Assembly: GCA_965223155.1 (NCBI GenBank)
Contig: CBDCVR010000013.1
Location: 1-64,000, forward strand
Origin: Candidatus Multivoradales bacterium
GTDB lineage: Bacteria; Acidobacteriota; Thermoanaerobaculia; Multivoradales; JAHEKO01
Length of the DNA: 64,000 nucleotides
Direction of reading: 5' to 3'
The first letter of the stretch is position 1. Every line of letters begins with the position of its first letter. This document shows, piece by piece, positions 26,647 to 37,300 of the stretch. Made by a program: the position numbers and the translations under genes. Under the pieces are notes generated by a model. It saw nothing but the letters and a program-made list of their open reading frames with translations, ran no database searches and was not told the DNA's origin.

Positions 26647-27915
26647 ATGACCGATTGCCGATGGCACCGACGGTTGAGCGTTGGGGGGTTGTTGATGGTT
26701 TGTGTTCTGGCCTGGGGAACGTATCCCGCCGAGGCGGCCTGGAGTCGGCCGCAAGTCTTGCACAAGACAGTGTTTCTTGAAGATGGCGTGGCTCTTGCGG
26801 CGTCGGGAAATACGCTGCATGCCGTCTACTACGGAGAAGATCCGTCGCTCGAACAGAAGTCGATCATCTACTACCGCCGGAGCCGGGACTGCGGCACCAC
26901 GTGGAGTAGAGAGCAGCACGTAGCCGTCAACGAGTTCCACGGCGAGCTAGGGTTTGCCGCCGTCGGCGACGTGCTGCACCTGGCCTGGGCGGACCGAACA
27001 GTACGAGATCGCCGGAAGCGCTCGAAGCCGCGGGTCTTCTACGCCTCGAGCCGGGACGCCGGTCGCACCTGGAGCGAGCCGCGGTTGCTGTCTCCTCCGT
27101 CCTTCTACGCCGAGGCGCCGTCGTTGGCGGCATCGGGCGAGGAGGTCTACGTGGCCTATCGGCTCGGGGGAAAGGGGCCGAAACAGCGGTTCGAAAACCC
27201 ACGAATCGACCTTGCGGTGAGCACCGACGGGGGCGAGTCCTGGACTCGCCGGAGGGCAACACCGCGGGTGATAGCGAATGGCCCGCGGATCGCCTTGGCC
27301 GGACCACGGCCTGGCCTCGCTCCGCGTTTGCATCTGGTGTGGAGCGCCCACGACCCGCAAGGTCATGGTCCTCGCCATCAAGTCTCAGGAGACCGAGGCG
27401 CGACCTGGTCGAAGCAGCTGTTCTTGGATCAGAGCGGCCCAGAGACCGCCTCTTCGCATATCGAAGGCTTGGCGACTTCCGACGGGGACGTCCACACGGT
27501 TTGGCGAAGGCGTCCGGAAGGACCGTTTTCGGTTGAGGTCGTCTACGACAACAACGTCGGCGGTGGGTTTCATCCGGAAGGCCGGAAACTCAGTATCGAC
27601 CTGGACGCAGACATTCCGACCGCCCGTGCGGCGGCACTGGCAGTAGCGGGCCTGGCGGTCCACGTGGCCTGGTCGGAGGTCGGGCCGGCCGATGCTGCCC
27701 TGCTGTCTGTGCAAAGTGGCGATCGGGGGAGGACCTGGTCCCGGCCCAAGCTCTTGGCCAAGTCAAGAGTCGTTGGGGATACCGCCTTGGCAACGACACC
27801 CGATGGAGCCGGAGCGTGCCGGAGTGCCCAGCATTTGCTCTACCGGCGCCAACTCGGGTCCGGCCCAGGCTCGACGACGCTCTTCTACCGGCGCAGGCCG
27901 GCTAGATTGAAGTAG
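26647..27915 (+). CDS. Secreted Asp-box beta-propeller copy B1 (422 aa)
   Basis: RBS, signal peptide, Asp-boxes SRDCGTTW, SRDAGRTW, STDGGESW, SGDRGATW, SGDRGRTW. Confidence 0.88.
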   Translation: MTDCRWHRRLSVGGLLMVCVLAWGTYPAEAAWSRPQVLHKTVFLEDGVALAASGNTLHAVYYGEDPSLEQKSIIYYRRSRDCGTTWSREQHVAVNEFHGELGFAAVGDVLHLAWADRTVRDRRKRSKPRVFYASSRDAGRTWSEPRLLSPPSFYAEAPSLAASGEEVYVAYRLGGKGPKQRFENPRIDLAVSTDGGESWTRRRATPRVIANGPRIALAGPRPGLAPRLHLVWSAHDPQGHGPRHQVSGDRGATWSKQLFLDQSGPETASSHIEGLATSDGDVHTVWRRRPEGPFSVEVVYDNNVGGGFHPEGRKLSIDLDADIPTARAAALAVAGLAVHVAWSEVGPADAALLSVQSGDRGRTWSRPKLLAKSRVVGDTALATTPDGAGACRSAQHLLYRRQLGSGPGSTTLFYRRRPARLK

Positions 27916-27938
27916 GCCATTCAACAGGGGAGAACACG

Positions 27939-28265
27939 ATGGGAAATGGTGGACTCGACATAGCTTCTCGGAAGGCCGCGCCAAGACGATGGGGTACGTT
28001 CCTCGCTGGCTTCGTGATTCTTGCCGCCTCGGCTCTTGGACTGGTGTCCCCGGCGGCGGCGGCCAACGTCGCCCGGCCGGTGTACGACGCTCCGGACGAC
28101 CTGCCGGACGACATGATGTGTGGCGATTCGGTGTCCGGGTACGTGCGGATGAAGAACAAGGGGCAGCCCTGGAAGCGCCTGGCCGATGGTGGCGCCGGGC
28201 AGCGGCTGACGACGGCGGACTCTTGCCCGGTGCTAGCCTGCCTGGGACAAAGGAGGTCCGTATGA
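27939..28265 (+). CDS. Leader ORF copy L2
   Basis: As L1; carries the KAAPRRWGTF allele, same as the intact giant gene. Confidence 0.7.
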   Translation: MGNGGLDIASRKAAPRRWGTFLAGFVILAASALGLVSPAAAANVARPVYDAPDDLPDDMMCGDSVSGYVRMKNKGQPWKRLADGGAGQRLTTADSCPVLACLGQRRSV

Positions 28266-29527
28266 CCGATTGCCGAGCCCGCTGGTTGAGCGTTGGGGGT
28301 TTGTTGATGGTTTGTGTTCTGGCCTGGGGAACGTATCCCGCCGAGGCGGCCTGGAGTCGGCCGCAGAGGTTTCACACGACGAATCACGTATCGCAGGGAG
28401 CGGCCCTGGGCGCATCTGGGGACACTGTGCATGCCGTGTACTACGGGGAGGCTTCGCTCGAGCCTCTCGTGACGGCCATCTACTACCGACGCAGTCTGGA
28501 TTGCGGGTTGACGTGGGGCGGCGAGCGAGCGGTGGCATTCGATGCGCTCTACGGGTCCGTCAGCCTTGCCGCCGTCGGTGACGTGCTGCACCTGGCCTGG
28601 GCGGACCGAACGATACGGGATCGCCGGAAGCGCACGAAGCCGCGGGTCTTCTACGCTTCGAGCCGGGACGCCGGTCGCACCTGGAGCGATCCGAGGTTGC
28701 TGTCTCCTCCGTCCTTCTACGCCGAGGCGCCGTCGTTGGCGGCATCGGGCGACGAGGTCTACGTGGCCTACCGGCTCGGGGGAAAGGGGCCGAAACAGCG
28801 GTTCGAAAACCCACGAATCGACCTTGCGGTGAGCACCGACGGGGGCGAGTCCTGGACTCGCCGGAGGGCAACACCGCGGGTGATAGCGAATGGTCCGCGG
28901 ATCGCCTTGGCCGGACCACGGCCTGGCCTCGCTCCGCGTTTGCATCTGGTGTGGAGCGCCCACGACCCGCAAGGTCATGGTCCTCGCCATCAAGTCTCAG
29001 GAGACCGAGGCGCGACCTGGTCGAAGCAGCTGTTCTTGGATCCGAGCGGCCCAGAGACCTTCTCTTCGCATATCGAGGGCCTAGCGACATCCGGAAGCGA
29101 TGTCCATACGGTTTGGCGGAGATTCCCAGAGGAACCGGTTTCGATTGAGGTCGTTTACGACAACAACGTCGGCGGTGGGTTTCACTCAGAAGGCCGGAAA
29201 CTCAGTATCGACCTGGACGCAGACATTCCAACCGCCCGTGCGGCGGCACTGGCAGTAGCGGGCCTGGCGGTCCACGTGGCCTGGTCGGAGGTCGGGCCGG
29301 CCGATGCCGCCCTGCTGTCTGTGCGAAGTGGCGATCGAGGAGAGACTTGGTCCCGGCCCAAACTCTTGGCGAAATCAGCGGTGTTCGGGGATATCTCTTT
29401 GGCTACGACATCCGACGGAGTCGGGGCGTGTCGTGGCGCGCAGCACTTGATGTACCGGCGCAGAGGTGGCCCTCGTCCGGGCTCAACCAACCTTCTTTAC
29501 CGGCGCAGGCCGGCCAAATTGAAGTAG
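28262..29527 (+). CDS. Secreted Asp-box beta-propeller copy B2 (421 aa)
   Basis: As B1, with different allele blocks. Confidence 0.88.
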   Translation: MTDCRARWLSVGGLLMVCVLAWGTYPAEAAWSRPQRFHTTNHVSQGAALGASGDTVHAVYYGEASLEPLVTAIYYRRSLDCGLTWGGERAVAFDALYGSVSLAAVGDVLHLAWADRTIRDRRKRTKPRVFYASSRDAGRTWSDPRLLSPPSFYAEAPSLAASGDEVYVAYRLGGKGPKQRFENPRIDLAVSTDGGESWTRRRATPRVIANGPRIALAGPRPGLAPRLHLVWSAHDPQGHGPRHQVSGDRGATWSKQLFLDPSGPETFSSHIEGLATSGSDVHTVWRRFPEEPVSIEVVYDNNVGGGFHSEGRKLSIDLDADIPTARAAALAVAGLAVHVAWSEVGPADAALLSVRSGDRGETWSRPKLLAKSAVFGDISLATTSDGVGACRGAQHLMYRRRGGPRPGSTNLLYRRRPAKLK

Positions 29528-29553
29528 GGCAATCCAAGACAGGGGAGAACACG

Positions 29554-29880
29554 ATGGGAAATGGTGGACTCGACATAGCTTCTCGGAAGGCCGGGCCAAG
29601 GCGTTTGCATCCGCTCTTCGCGGGGCTCGTGATTCTTGCCGCCTCGGCTCTTGGACTGGTGTCCCCGGCGGCGGCGGCCAACGTCGCCCGGCCGGTGTAC
29701 GACGCTCCGGACGATCTGCCGGACGACATGATGTGTGGCGATTCGGTGTCCGGGTACGTGCGGATGAAGAACAAGGGGCAGCCCTGGAAGCGCCTGGCCG
29801 ATGGTGGCGCCGGGCAGCGGCTGACGACGGCGGACTCTTGCCCGGTGCTAGCCTGCCTGGGACAAAGGAGGTGCGTATGA
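29554..29880 (+). CDS. Leader ORF copy L3
   Basis: As L1. Confidence 0.7.
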   Translation: MGNGGLDIASRKAGPRRLHPLFAGLVILAASALGLVSPAAAANVARPVYDAPDDLPDDMMCGDSVSGYVRMKNKGQPWKRLADGGAGQRLTTADSCPVLACLGQRRCV

Positions 29881-31142
29881 CCGATTGCCGAGCCCGATGG
29901 TTGAGCGTTGGGGGTTTGTTGATGGTTTGTGTTCTGGCCTGGGGAACGTATCCCGCCGAGGCGGCCTGGAGTCGGCCGCAAGTCTTGCACAAGACAGTGT
30001 TTCTTGAAGATGGCGTGGCTCTTGCGGCGTCGGGAAATACGCTGCATGCCGTCTACTACGGAGAAGATCCGTCGCTCGAACAGAAGTCGATCATCTACTA
30101 CCGCCGGAGCCGGGACTGCGGCACCACGTGGAGTAGAGAGCAGCACGTAGCCGTCAACGAGTTCCACGGCGAGCTAGGGTTTGCCGCCGTCGGCGACGTG
30201 CTGCACCTGGCCTGGGCGGACCGAACAGTACGAGATCGACGGAAGCGCTCGAAGCCGCGGGTCTTCTACGCTTCGAGCCGGGACGCCGGTCGCACCTGGA
30301 GCGAGCCGCGGTTGCTGTCTCCTCCGTCCTTCTACGCAGAGGCGCCGTCGCTGGCGGCATCGGGCGAGGAGGTCTACGTGGCCTATCGGCTCGGGGGAAA
30401 GGGGCCGAAACAGCGGTTCGAAAACCCACGAATCGACCTTGCGGTGAGCACCGACGGGGGCGAGTCCTGGACTCGCCGGAGGGCAACACCGCGGGTGATA
30501 GCGAATGGCCCGCGGATCGCCTTGGCCGGACCACGGCCTGGCCTCGCTCCGCGTTTGCATCTGGTGTGGAGCGCCCACGACCCGCAAGGTCATGGTCCTC
30601 GCCATCAAGTCTCAGGAGACCGAGGCGCGACCTGGTCGAAGCAGCTGTTCTTGGATCAGAGCGGCCCAGAGACCTTCTCTTCGCATATCGAGGGCCTAGC
30701 GACTTCCGGCGGCGATGTCCATACGGTTTGGCGGAGATTCCCAGAGGAGCCGGTTGCGATCGAAGTCGTTTACGACAACAACGTCGGCGGTGGGTTTCAT
30801 CCAGAAGGGCGGAAACTCAGTATCGACCTGGACGCAGACATTCCAATCGCCCGTGCGGCGGCACTGGCAGTAGCGGGCCTGGCGGTCCACGTGGCCTGGT
30901 CGGAAGACGGGCCTCTGTCCACAGTCTTGTTGTCGGTGCGGAGCGGCGATCGGGGGAGGACCTGGTCCCGGCCCAAGCTCTTGGCCAAGTCAAGAGTCGT
31001 TGGGGATACCGCCTTGGCAACGACACCCGATGGAGCCGGAGCGTGCCGGAGTGCCCAGCACTTGCTCTACCGGCGCCAACTCGGGTCCGGCCCAGGTTCG
31101 ACGACGCTCTTCTACCGGCGCAGGCCGGCCAGATTGAAGTAA
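29877..31142 (+). CDS. Secreted Asp-box beta-propeller copy B3 (421 aa)
   Basis: As B1. Confidence 0.88.
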   Translation: MTDCRARWLSVGGLLMVCVLAWGTYPAEAAWSRPQVLHKTVFLEDGVALAASGNTLHAVYYGEDPSLEQKSIIYYRRSRDCGTTWSREQHVAVNEFHGELGFAAVGDVLHLAWADRTVRDRRKRSKPRVFYASSRDAGRTWSEPRLLSPPSFYAEAPSLAASGEEVYVAYRLGGKGPKQRFENPRIDLAVSTDGGESWTRRRATPRVIANGPRIALAGPRPGLAPRLHLVWSAHDPQGHGPRHQVSGDRGATWSKQLFLDQSGPETFSSHIEGLATSGGDVHTVWRRFPEEPVAIEVVYDNNVGGGFHPEGRKLSIDLDADIPIARAAALAVAGLAVHVAWSEDGPLSTVLLSVRSGDRGRTWSRPKLLAKSRVVGDTALATTPDGAGACRSAQHLLYRRQLGSGPGSTTLFYRRRPARLK

Positions 31143-31166
31143 GACCAGTTAACAGGGGAGAACACG

Positions 31167-31490
31167 ATGGGAAATGGTGGACTCGACATAGCTTCTCGGA
31201 AGGCCGGGCCAAGGCGTTTGCATCCGCTCTTCGCGGGGCTCGTGATTCTTGCCGCCTCGGCTCTTGGACTGGTGTCCCCGGCGGCGGCCAACGTCGCCCG
31301 GCCGGTGTACGACGCTCCGGACGACCTGCCGGACGACATGATGTGTGGCGATTCGGTGTCCGGGTACGTGCGGATGAAGAACAAGGGACAGCCCTGGAAG
31401 CGCCTGGCCGACGGCGGCGCCGGCCAGCGGCTGACGACTGCGGACTCTTGCCCGATGCTAGCCTGCCTGGGACAAAGGAGGTCCGTATGA
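31167..31490 (+). CDS. Leader ORF copy L4
   Basis: As L1, one Ala codon shorter. Confidence 0.7.
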   Translation: MGNGGLDIASRKAGPRRLHPLFAGLVILAASALGLVSPAAANVARPVYDAPDDLPDDMMCGDSVSGYVRMKNKGQPWKRLADGGAGQRLTTADSCPMLACLGQRRSV

Positions 31491-32752
31491 CCGATTGCCG
31501 AGCCCGATGGTTGAGCGTTGGGGGGTTGTTGATGGTTTGTGTTCTGGCCTGGGGAACGTATCCCGCCGAGGCGGCCTGGAGTCGGCCGCAGAGGTTTCAC
31601 ACGACCAATCACGTATCGCACGGAGCGGCCCTGGGCGCATCCGGGGACACTGTCCATGCCGTGTACTACGGGGAGGCTTCGCTCGAGCCTCTCGTGACGG
31701 CCATCTACTATCGACGCAGTCTGGATTGCGGGCTGACGTGGGGTCGCGAGCGAGCGGTGGCATTCGACGCGCTCTACGGGTCCGTCAGCCTTGCCGTGGT
31801 CGGCGACGTGCTGCACCTGGCTTGGGCGGACCGAACAGTACGAGATCGCCGGAAGCATCGGAAGCCGCGGGTCTTCTACGCCTCGAGCCGGGACGCCGGT
31901 CGCACCTGGAGCGAGCCGCGGTTGCTGTCTCCGCCGTCCTTCTACGCCGAGGCGCCGTCGTTAGCGGCATCGGGCGAGGAGGTCTACGTGGCCTATCGGC
32001 TCGGGGGAAAGGGGCCGAAACAGCGGTTCGAAAACCCACGAATCGACCTTGCGGTGAGCACCGACGGGGGCGAGTCCTGGACTCGCCGAAAGGCAACATC
32101 GCGAGTTACGGCGAATGGCCCGCGGATCGCCTTGGCCGAATCGCCGCCTGGTCTCGCTCCGCGTTTGCATCTGGTGTGGAGCGCCCACGACCCGCAAGGT
32201 CATGGTCCTCGCCATCAAGTCTCAGGGGACCGAGGCGCGACCTGGTCGAAGCAGCTGTTCTTGGATCAGAGCGGCCCAGAGACCGCCTCTTCGCATATCG
32301 AAGGCTTGGCGACTTCCGACGGGGACGTCCACACGGTTTGGCGAAGGCGTCCGGAAGGACCGTTTTCGGTTGAGGTCGTCTACGACAACAACGTCGGCGG
32401 TGGGTTTCATCCAGAAGGCCGGAAACTCAGTATCGACCTGGACGCAGACATTCCGACCGCCCGTGCGGCGGCACTGGCAGTAGCGGGCCTGGCGGTCCAC
32501 GTGGCCTGGTCGGAGGTCGGGCCGGCCGATGCCGCCCTGCTGTCGGTGCGAAGTGGCGATCGAGGAGAGACTTGGTCCCGGCCCAAACTCTTGGCGAAAT
32601 CAGCGGTGTTCGGGGATATCTCTTTGGCTACGACATCCGACGGAGTCGGGGCGTGTCGTGGCGCGCAGCACTTGATGTACCGGCGCAGAGGTGGCCCTCG
32701 TCCGGGCTCAACCAACCTTCTTTACCGGCGCAGGCCGGCCAAATTGAAGTAG
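31487..32752 (+). CDS. Secreted Asp-box beta-propeller copy B4 (421 aa)
   Basis: As B1. Confidence 0.88.
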   Translation: MTDCRARWLSVGGLLMVCVLAWGTYPAEAAWSRPQRFHTTNHVSHGAALGASGDTVHAVYYGEASLEPLVTAIYYRRSLDCGLTWGRERAVAFDALYGSVSLAVVGDVLHLAWADRTVRDRRKHRKPRVFYASSRDAGRTWSEPRLLSPPSFYAEAPSLAASGEEVYVAYRLGGKGPKQRFENPRIDLAVSTDGGESWTRRKATSRVTANGPRIALAESPPGLAPRLHLVWSAHDPQGHGPRHQVSGDRGATWSKQLFLDQSGPETASSHIEGLATSDGDVHTVWRRRPEGPFSVEVVYDNNVGGGFHPEGRKLSIDLDADIPTARAAALAVAGLAVHVAWSEVGPADAALLSVRSGDRGETWSRPKLLAKSAVFGDISLATTSDGVGACRGAQHLMYRRRGGPRPGSTNLLYRRRPAKLK

Positions 32753-32778
32753 GGCAATCCAAGACAGGGGAGAACACG

Positions 32779-33105
32779 ATGGGAAATGGTGGACTCGACA
32801 TAGCTTCTCGGAAGGCCGGGCCAAGGCGGTTGCATCCGCTCTTCGCGGGGTTCGTGATTCTTGCCGCCTCGGCCCTTGGACTGGCCTCCCCGGCGGCAGC
32901 AGCCAACGTCGCCCGGCCGGTGTACGACGCTCCGGACGACCTGCCGGACGACATGATGTGTGGCGATTCGGTGTCCGGGTACGTGCGGATGAAGAACAAG
33001 GGACAGCCCTGGAAGCGCCTGGCCGACGGCGGCGCCGGGCAGCGGCTGACGACTGCGGACACTTGCCCGGTGCTACGCTGCCGGGAACGAAGGAGGTCCG
33101 TATGA
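32779..33105 (+). CDS. Leader ORF copy L5
   Basis: As L1, with several private substitutions (tail TCPVLRCRERRRSV). Confidence 0.7.
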   Translation: MGNGGLDIASRKAGPRRLHPLFAGFVILAASALGLASPAAAANVARPVYDAPDDLPDDMMCGDSVSGYVRMKNKGQPWKRLADGGAGQRLTTADTCPVLRCRERRRSV

Positions 33106-34367
33106 CCGATTGCCGAGCCCGATGGTTGAGCGTTGGGGGACTGTTGATGGTCTGTGTTCTGGCCTGGGGGGCATATCCCGCCGAGGCGGCCTGGAGTCGG
33201 CCGCAGAGGTTTCACACGACCAATCACGCATCGCGCGGAGCGGCCCTGGGCGCATCCGGGGACACTGTCCATGCCGTGTACTACGGGGAGGCTTCGCTCG
33301 AGCCTCTCGTGACGGCCATCTACTATCGACGCAGTCTGGATTGCGGGCTGACGTGGGGTCGCGAGCGAGCGGTGGCATTCGACGCGCTCTACGGGTCCGT
33401 CAGCCTTGCCGTGGTCGGCGACGTGCTGCACCTGGCTTGGGCGGACCGAACAGTACGAGATCGCCGGAAGCATCGGAAGCCGCGGGTCTTCTACGCCTCG
33501 AGCCGGGACGCCGGTCGCACCTGGAGCGAGCCGCGGTTGCTGTCTCCGCCGTCCTTCTACGCCGAGGCGCCGTCGTTGGCGGCATCGGGCGAGGAGGTCT
33601 ACGTGGCCTATCGGCTCGGGGGAAAGGGGCCGAAACAGCGGTTCGAAAACCCACGAATCGACCTTGCGGTGAGCACCGACGGGGGCGAGTCCTGGACTCG
33701 CCGGAGGGCAACACCGCGGGTGATAGCGAATGGTCCGCGGATCGCCTTGGCCGGACCACGGCCTGGCCTCGCTCCGCGTTTGCATCTGGTGTGGAGCGCC
33801 CACGACCCGCAAGGTCATGGTCCTCGCCATCAAGTCTCAGGAGACCGAGGCGCGACCTGGTCGAAGCAGCTGTTCTTGGATCAGAGCGGCCCAGAGACCT
33901 TCTCTTCGCATATCGAGGGCCTAGCGACATCCGGAAGCGATGTCCATACGGTTTGGCGGAGATTCCCAGAGGAACCGGTTTCGATTGAGGTCGTTTACGA
34001 CAACAACGTCGGCGGTGGGTTTCACTCAGAAGGCCGGAAACTCAGTATCGACCTGGACGCAGACATTCCAACCGCCCGTGCGGCGGCACTGGCAGTAGCG
34101 GGCCTGGCGGTCCACGTGGCCTGGTCGGAGGTCGGGCCGGCCGATGCCGCCCTGCTGTCTGTGCGAAGTGGCGATCGAGGAGAGACTTGGTCCCGGCCCA
34201 AACTCTTGGCGAAATCAGCGGTGTTCGGGGATATCTCTTTGGCTACGACATCCGACGGAGTCGGGGCGTGTCGTGGCGCGCAGCACTTGATGTACCGGCG
34301 CAGAGGTGGCCCTCGTCCGGGCTCAACCAACCTTCTTTACCGGCGCAGGCCGGCCAAATTGAAGTAG
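33102..34367 (+). CDS. Secreted Asp-box beta-propeller copy B5 (421 aa)
   Basis: As B1. Confidence 0.88.
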   Translation: MTDCRARWLSVGGLLMVCVLAWGAYPAEAAWSRPQRFHTTNHASRGAALGASGDTVHAVYYGEASLEPLVTAIYYRRSLDCGLTWGRERAVAFDALYGSVSLAVVGDVLHLAWADRTVRDRRKHRKPRVFYASSRDAGRTWSEPRLLSPPSFYAEAPSLAASGEEVYVAYRLGGKGPKQRFENPRIDLAVSTDGGESWTRRRATPRVIANGPRIALAGPRPGLAPRLHLVWSAHDPQGHGPRHQVSGDRGATWSKQLFLDQSGPETFSSHIEGLATSGSDVHTVWRRFPEEPVSIEVVYDNNVGGGFHSEGRKLSIDLDADIPTARAAALAVAGLAVHVAWSEVGPADAALLSVRSGDRGETWSRPKLLAKSAVFGDISLATTSDGVGACRGAQHLMYRRRGGPRPGSTNLLYRRRPAKLK

Positions 34368-34393
34368 GGCAATCCAAGACAGGGGAGAACACG

Positions 34394-37300
34394 ATGGGAA
34401 ATGGTGGACTCGACATAGCTTCTCGGAAGGCCGCGCCAAGACGATGGGGTACGTTCCTCGCTGGCTTCGTGATTCTTGCCGCCTCGGCTCTTGGACTGGT
34501 GTCCCCGGCGGCGGCGGCCAACGTCGCCCGGCCGGTGTACGACGCTCCGGACGATCTGCCGGACGACATGATGTGTGGCGATTCGGTGTCCGGGTACGTG
34601 CGGATGAAGAACAAGGGGCAGCCTTGGAAGCGCCTGGCGGACGGCGGCGCCGGCCAGCGGCTGACGACGGCGGACAACCCCCTGGTCAAGGCCGGAACCC
34701 GTGTGTACAAGCTCAAGGCGGGGACCACGGTTCGGAGAGGCAAGGTCTACGATTTTCCGGTCACTCTCACGGCACCTGAACATTCAAACTACACGACCTT
34801 TGTCGAGTACACCGCAGTCTGGGAGATGGGCCTCCCAGACGGATCGACCTTTCCGCATCCCTACGAACACACGGTGCGGGTGTGGTGTCCGAGGCGCACC
34901 CAGAACAACGCGATTGTCGTCGGGCATAACCTCCCCGGCTCAGTGCCTTGTGGCGAGACGGTCGGAGAGTCCGGCGATCTTTGGGTGGAGATGAAGAACG
35001 TCGGAGGCCGCACTTGGAGGCCAAGACGGAAGAAGGGGGATGGCCAGCACCTGTACACGCCTGACAATCCGTTCCATCCCGAAGTCTCGATTCCGCTACC
35101 GGTGAATACGACCGTCCAACCCCTGGAGACCCATCGATTCCCGGTGCGGCTGACGGCTCCGGAAGCCTATGGCGTCCACGACGTCACGTTCCGAATGCGA
35201 CCGCACAAGGGAAAACCCTTCGGCGAAGAGCTGCCGTGGACCCTCACTTCGCAGTGCGCCAATAACGATGCCCAGTTCGTGGAGACCAAGACGACGGTCC
35301 CCGCGACCATGAGCTGCGGTGCGGAGGGCGACTACCACGTCGCATTCCTCAATACCGGCGACACTCGCTGGAAGAAGGGCAAGTACTCTCTTCGTCTGTT
35401 CGACGGCCCCTTCGGGACCAAGAATCTCAAGGTTCGAGGGCAAGACGTTCGTCCAACCCGGGATCGGCGATTCCCGGTACGCCTTGTGGCTCCGAGCGAG
35501 AACGGGACGCATACGACGACCTGGCGGATGCACACAGGCGCGGGAGTGCCGTTCGGGGAGGCCACGACGTTGTCGATCGACGTCACGGATTGCCAGGAGC
35601 CGGAGCCGCTGGACGCGGCGCCCGTTCCAAGCGGTATCGACTTCCCATCCACGATGCAGTGCGGCTCGACCTACCCCGCTACCTTGACGATGAGAAATAC
35701 CGGCACCAAGAACTGGAAAGAGAGAAAGCCGCACCACCGTCTGCGCCCCGTGGCGGGGAAGAACGACCGGTTCTGGCGAAGGATCCGTATGGTTAAGCTT
35801 CCCGACGGTGTCGTCGTCGGTGAGAACGGCACCCATCCGTTCGAAATGACCCTCTCGGCTCCGATCTTGGACCCGTCGGAGCCCGAGGTTATGAATCTCT
35901 CTACCAGTTGGACCATGGTCGAGGTTCGAGAGGACGAGACCGAGGCTTTTGGGACGCCCTACGGACAGGACATCGAAGTTGTTTGTCTGGACTACGATTC
36001 CGAGGAGGTGAAGAAGAACGCCTCGGTTCAGGTGGCGCCGGGAGGGTCCATCCGCTTTGTCATCGAGGTCAAGAACAGCGGACGGCGCAACTGGGTGACT
36101 CCCGAGCTGCGAGACATTAGCGGTACGTTCGTGAAGAGGTCGTACGGTGGGACGGTGGCTTCGCAGGGAAGCCATGTCTTTGGCTTCACGCGAACTGCCC
36201 CGTCGGCGATAGGTACCTACGCGACCCAGTGGCAGATCTGGGAACCAACTGCGGGCCTCTTCGGCGCGGTCATCTCGATTCAAGTCACGGTCTCGGAGGG
36301 CTCGTCTGAAGTGGGCTCGTGCACCGGCGGAGGCTCCGCGGCCAAGCTGCCGCGCCTGGGCATTCTGGGGTTCAATCCGCGCTATCTGACACAGGACGGA
36401 AACGCCGCCTATGTCCTGACCGGAGCCCATAGCTGGAGCGTGGTGCAGAAGCACGAGCGAATGAACAAGCTCGAAGGCTACATGAGCAAGCTACGCGGCA
36501 AAGGCCACAATTTCACCCGGGGATGGTACTGGGAGGACTGTTTCTACGACCCCATTCCGTATAGCGCAAGCCAGTACAAGTGCATGGATCCCGGCAAGAG
36601 CTTTTTGCCGACGGCGGATGAGCCTGGGAATGGTTACAACCAGGCGTACGCAGATCTCCTCAAGGCCCGTCTCAACGAGGCCGCCGACAACGACCTCTAC
36701 ATGAGCACGATGCTCTTCCAGGGGTGGAGTCTGCCCATTAGCTTACGGAAGGAAGAGGGTGGAGTCGATGGTTGGGCCCGGAATCCGTATCGTAAGGAAT
36801 TCGCGGACGGCAGGGCACTCCACTCCGACGGGATTCTTGACGAGCAGATCTACTACGCCAACTACATCCTGAACCAGACCAAGGGCTGCACCAACACCTT
36901 CTTTGAAGTTTCGAACGAGAGCGTCGTGACCGGCCAGGTGGCTGGGGAGAAGTGGCAGAGGCTAGTTGTCACCGAGATCAAGAAAAAGATCTGCGGTCAG
37001 AAACCCTGCCTGGCCTGGGCCTCCTGCTGGTTCGGGGCGTCCAACACCGCTCTGATCGGCACGGGCGCGGATCTGGTCTCCTTTTGCGGGAACGATCCGG
37101 ATTCGCCTGACTGGGCCGGCGGCGATGCGGTCCTCATCTTTGACACGGACCATGTTGACGCCGAGAATCCGAATCCGAAGCGGGCGTGGAAAGCGTTCCT
37201 ACGAGGGCAGCACCCGATCCTGATGGATCTCGAGACCGAGGACCTGGTCTGGTACAAGCCGGGCCAGAACTTTCCCAACCAAACTCAGAAGAACGGTTCC

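Larger units (their letters stand above)
24372..34675 (+). repeat. Tandem array of ~1.6-kb leader+propeller cassettes
   Basis: Leader ATGs at 24611, 27939, 29554, 31167, 32779 and 34394 (periods 1615/1613/1612/1615 for the last five); near-identical DNA between units. Confidence 0.95.

Noticed and set aside
30566-32752. Long ORF-track versions of array genes (728, 672, 512, 469 aa; 2765-aa giant)
   Set aside because: Upstream extensions run through off-frame repeat DNA; the RBS and signal peptide place true starts at MTDC.. and MGNGG..
24317-34675. Array interpreted as CRISPR, DGR, integron or shufflon
   Set aside because: Units are ~1.6 kb coding sequences. No cas, reverse transcriptase, integrase or invertase is present in the window, no attC-like or inverted sites were noticed, and the variation is block-wise rather than adenine-specific.
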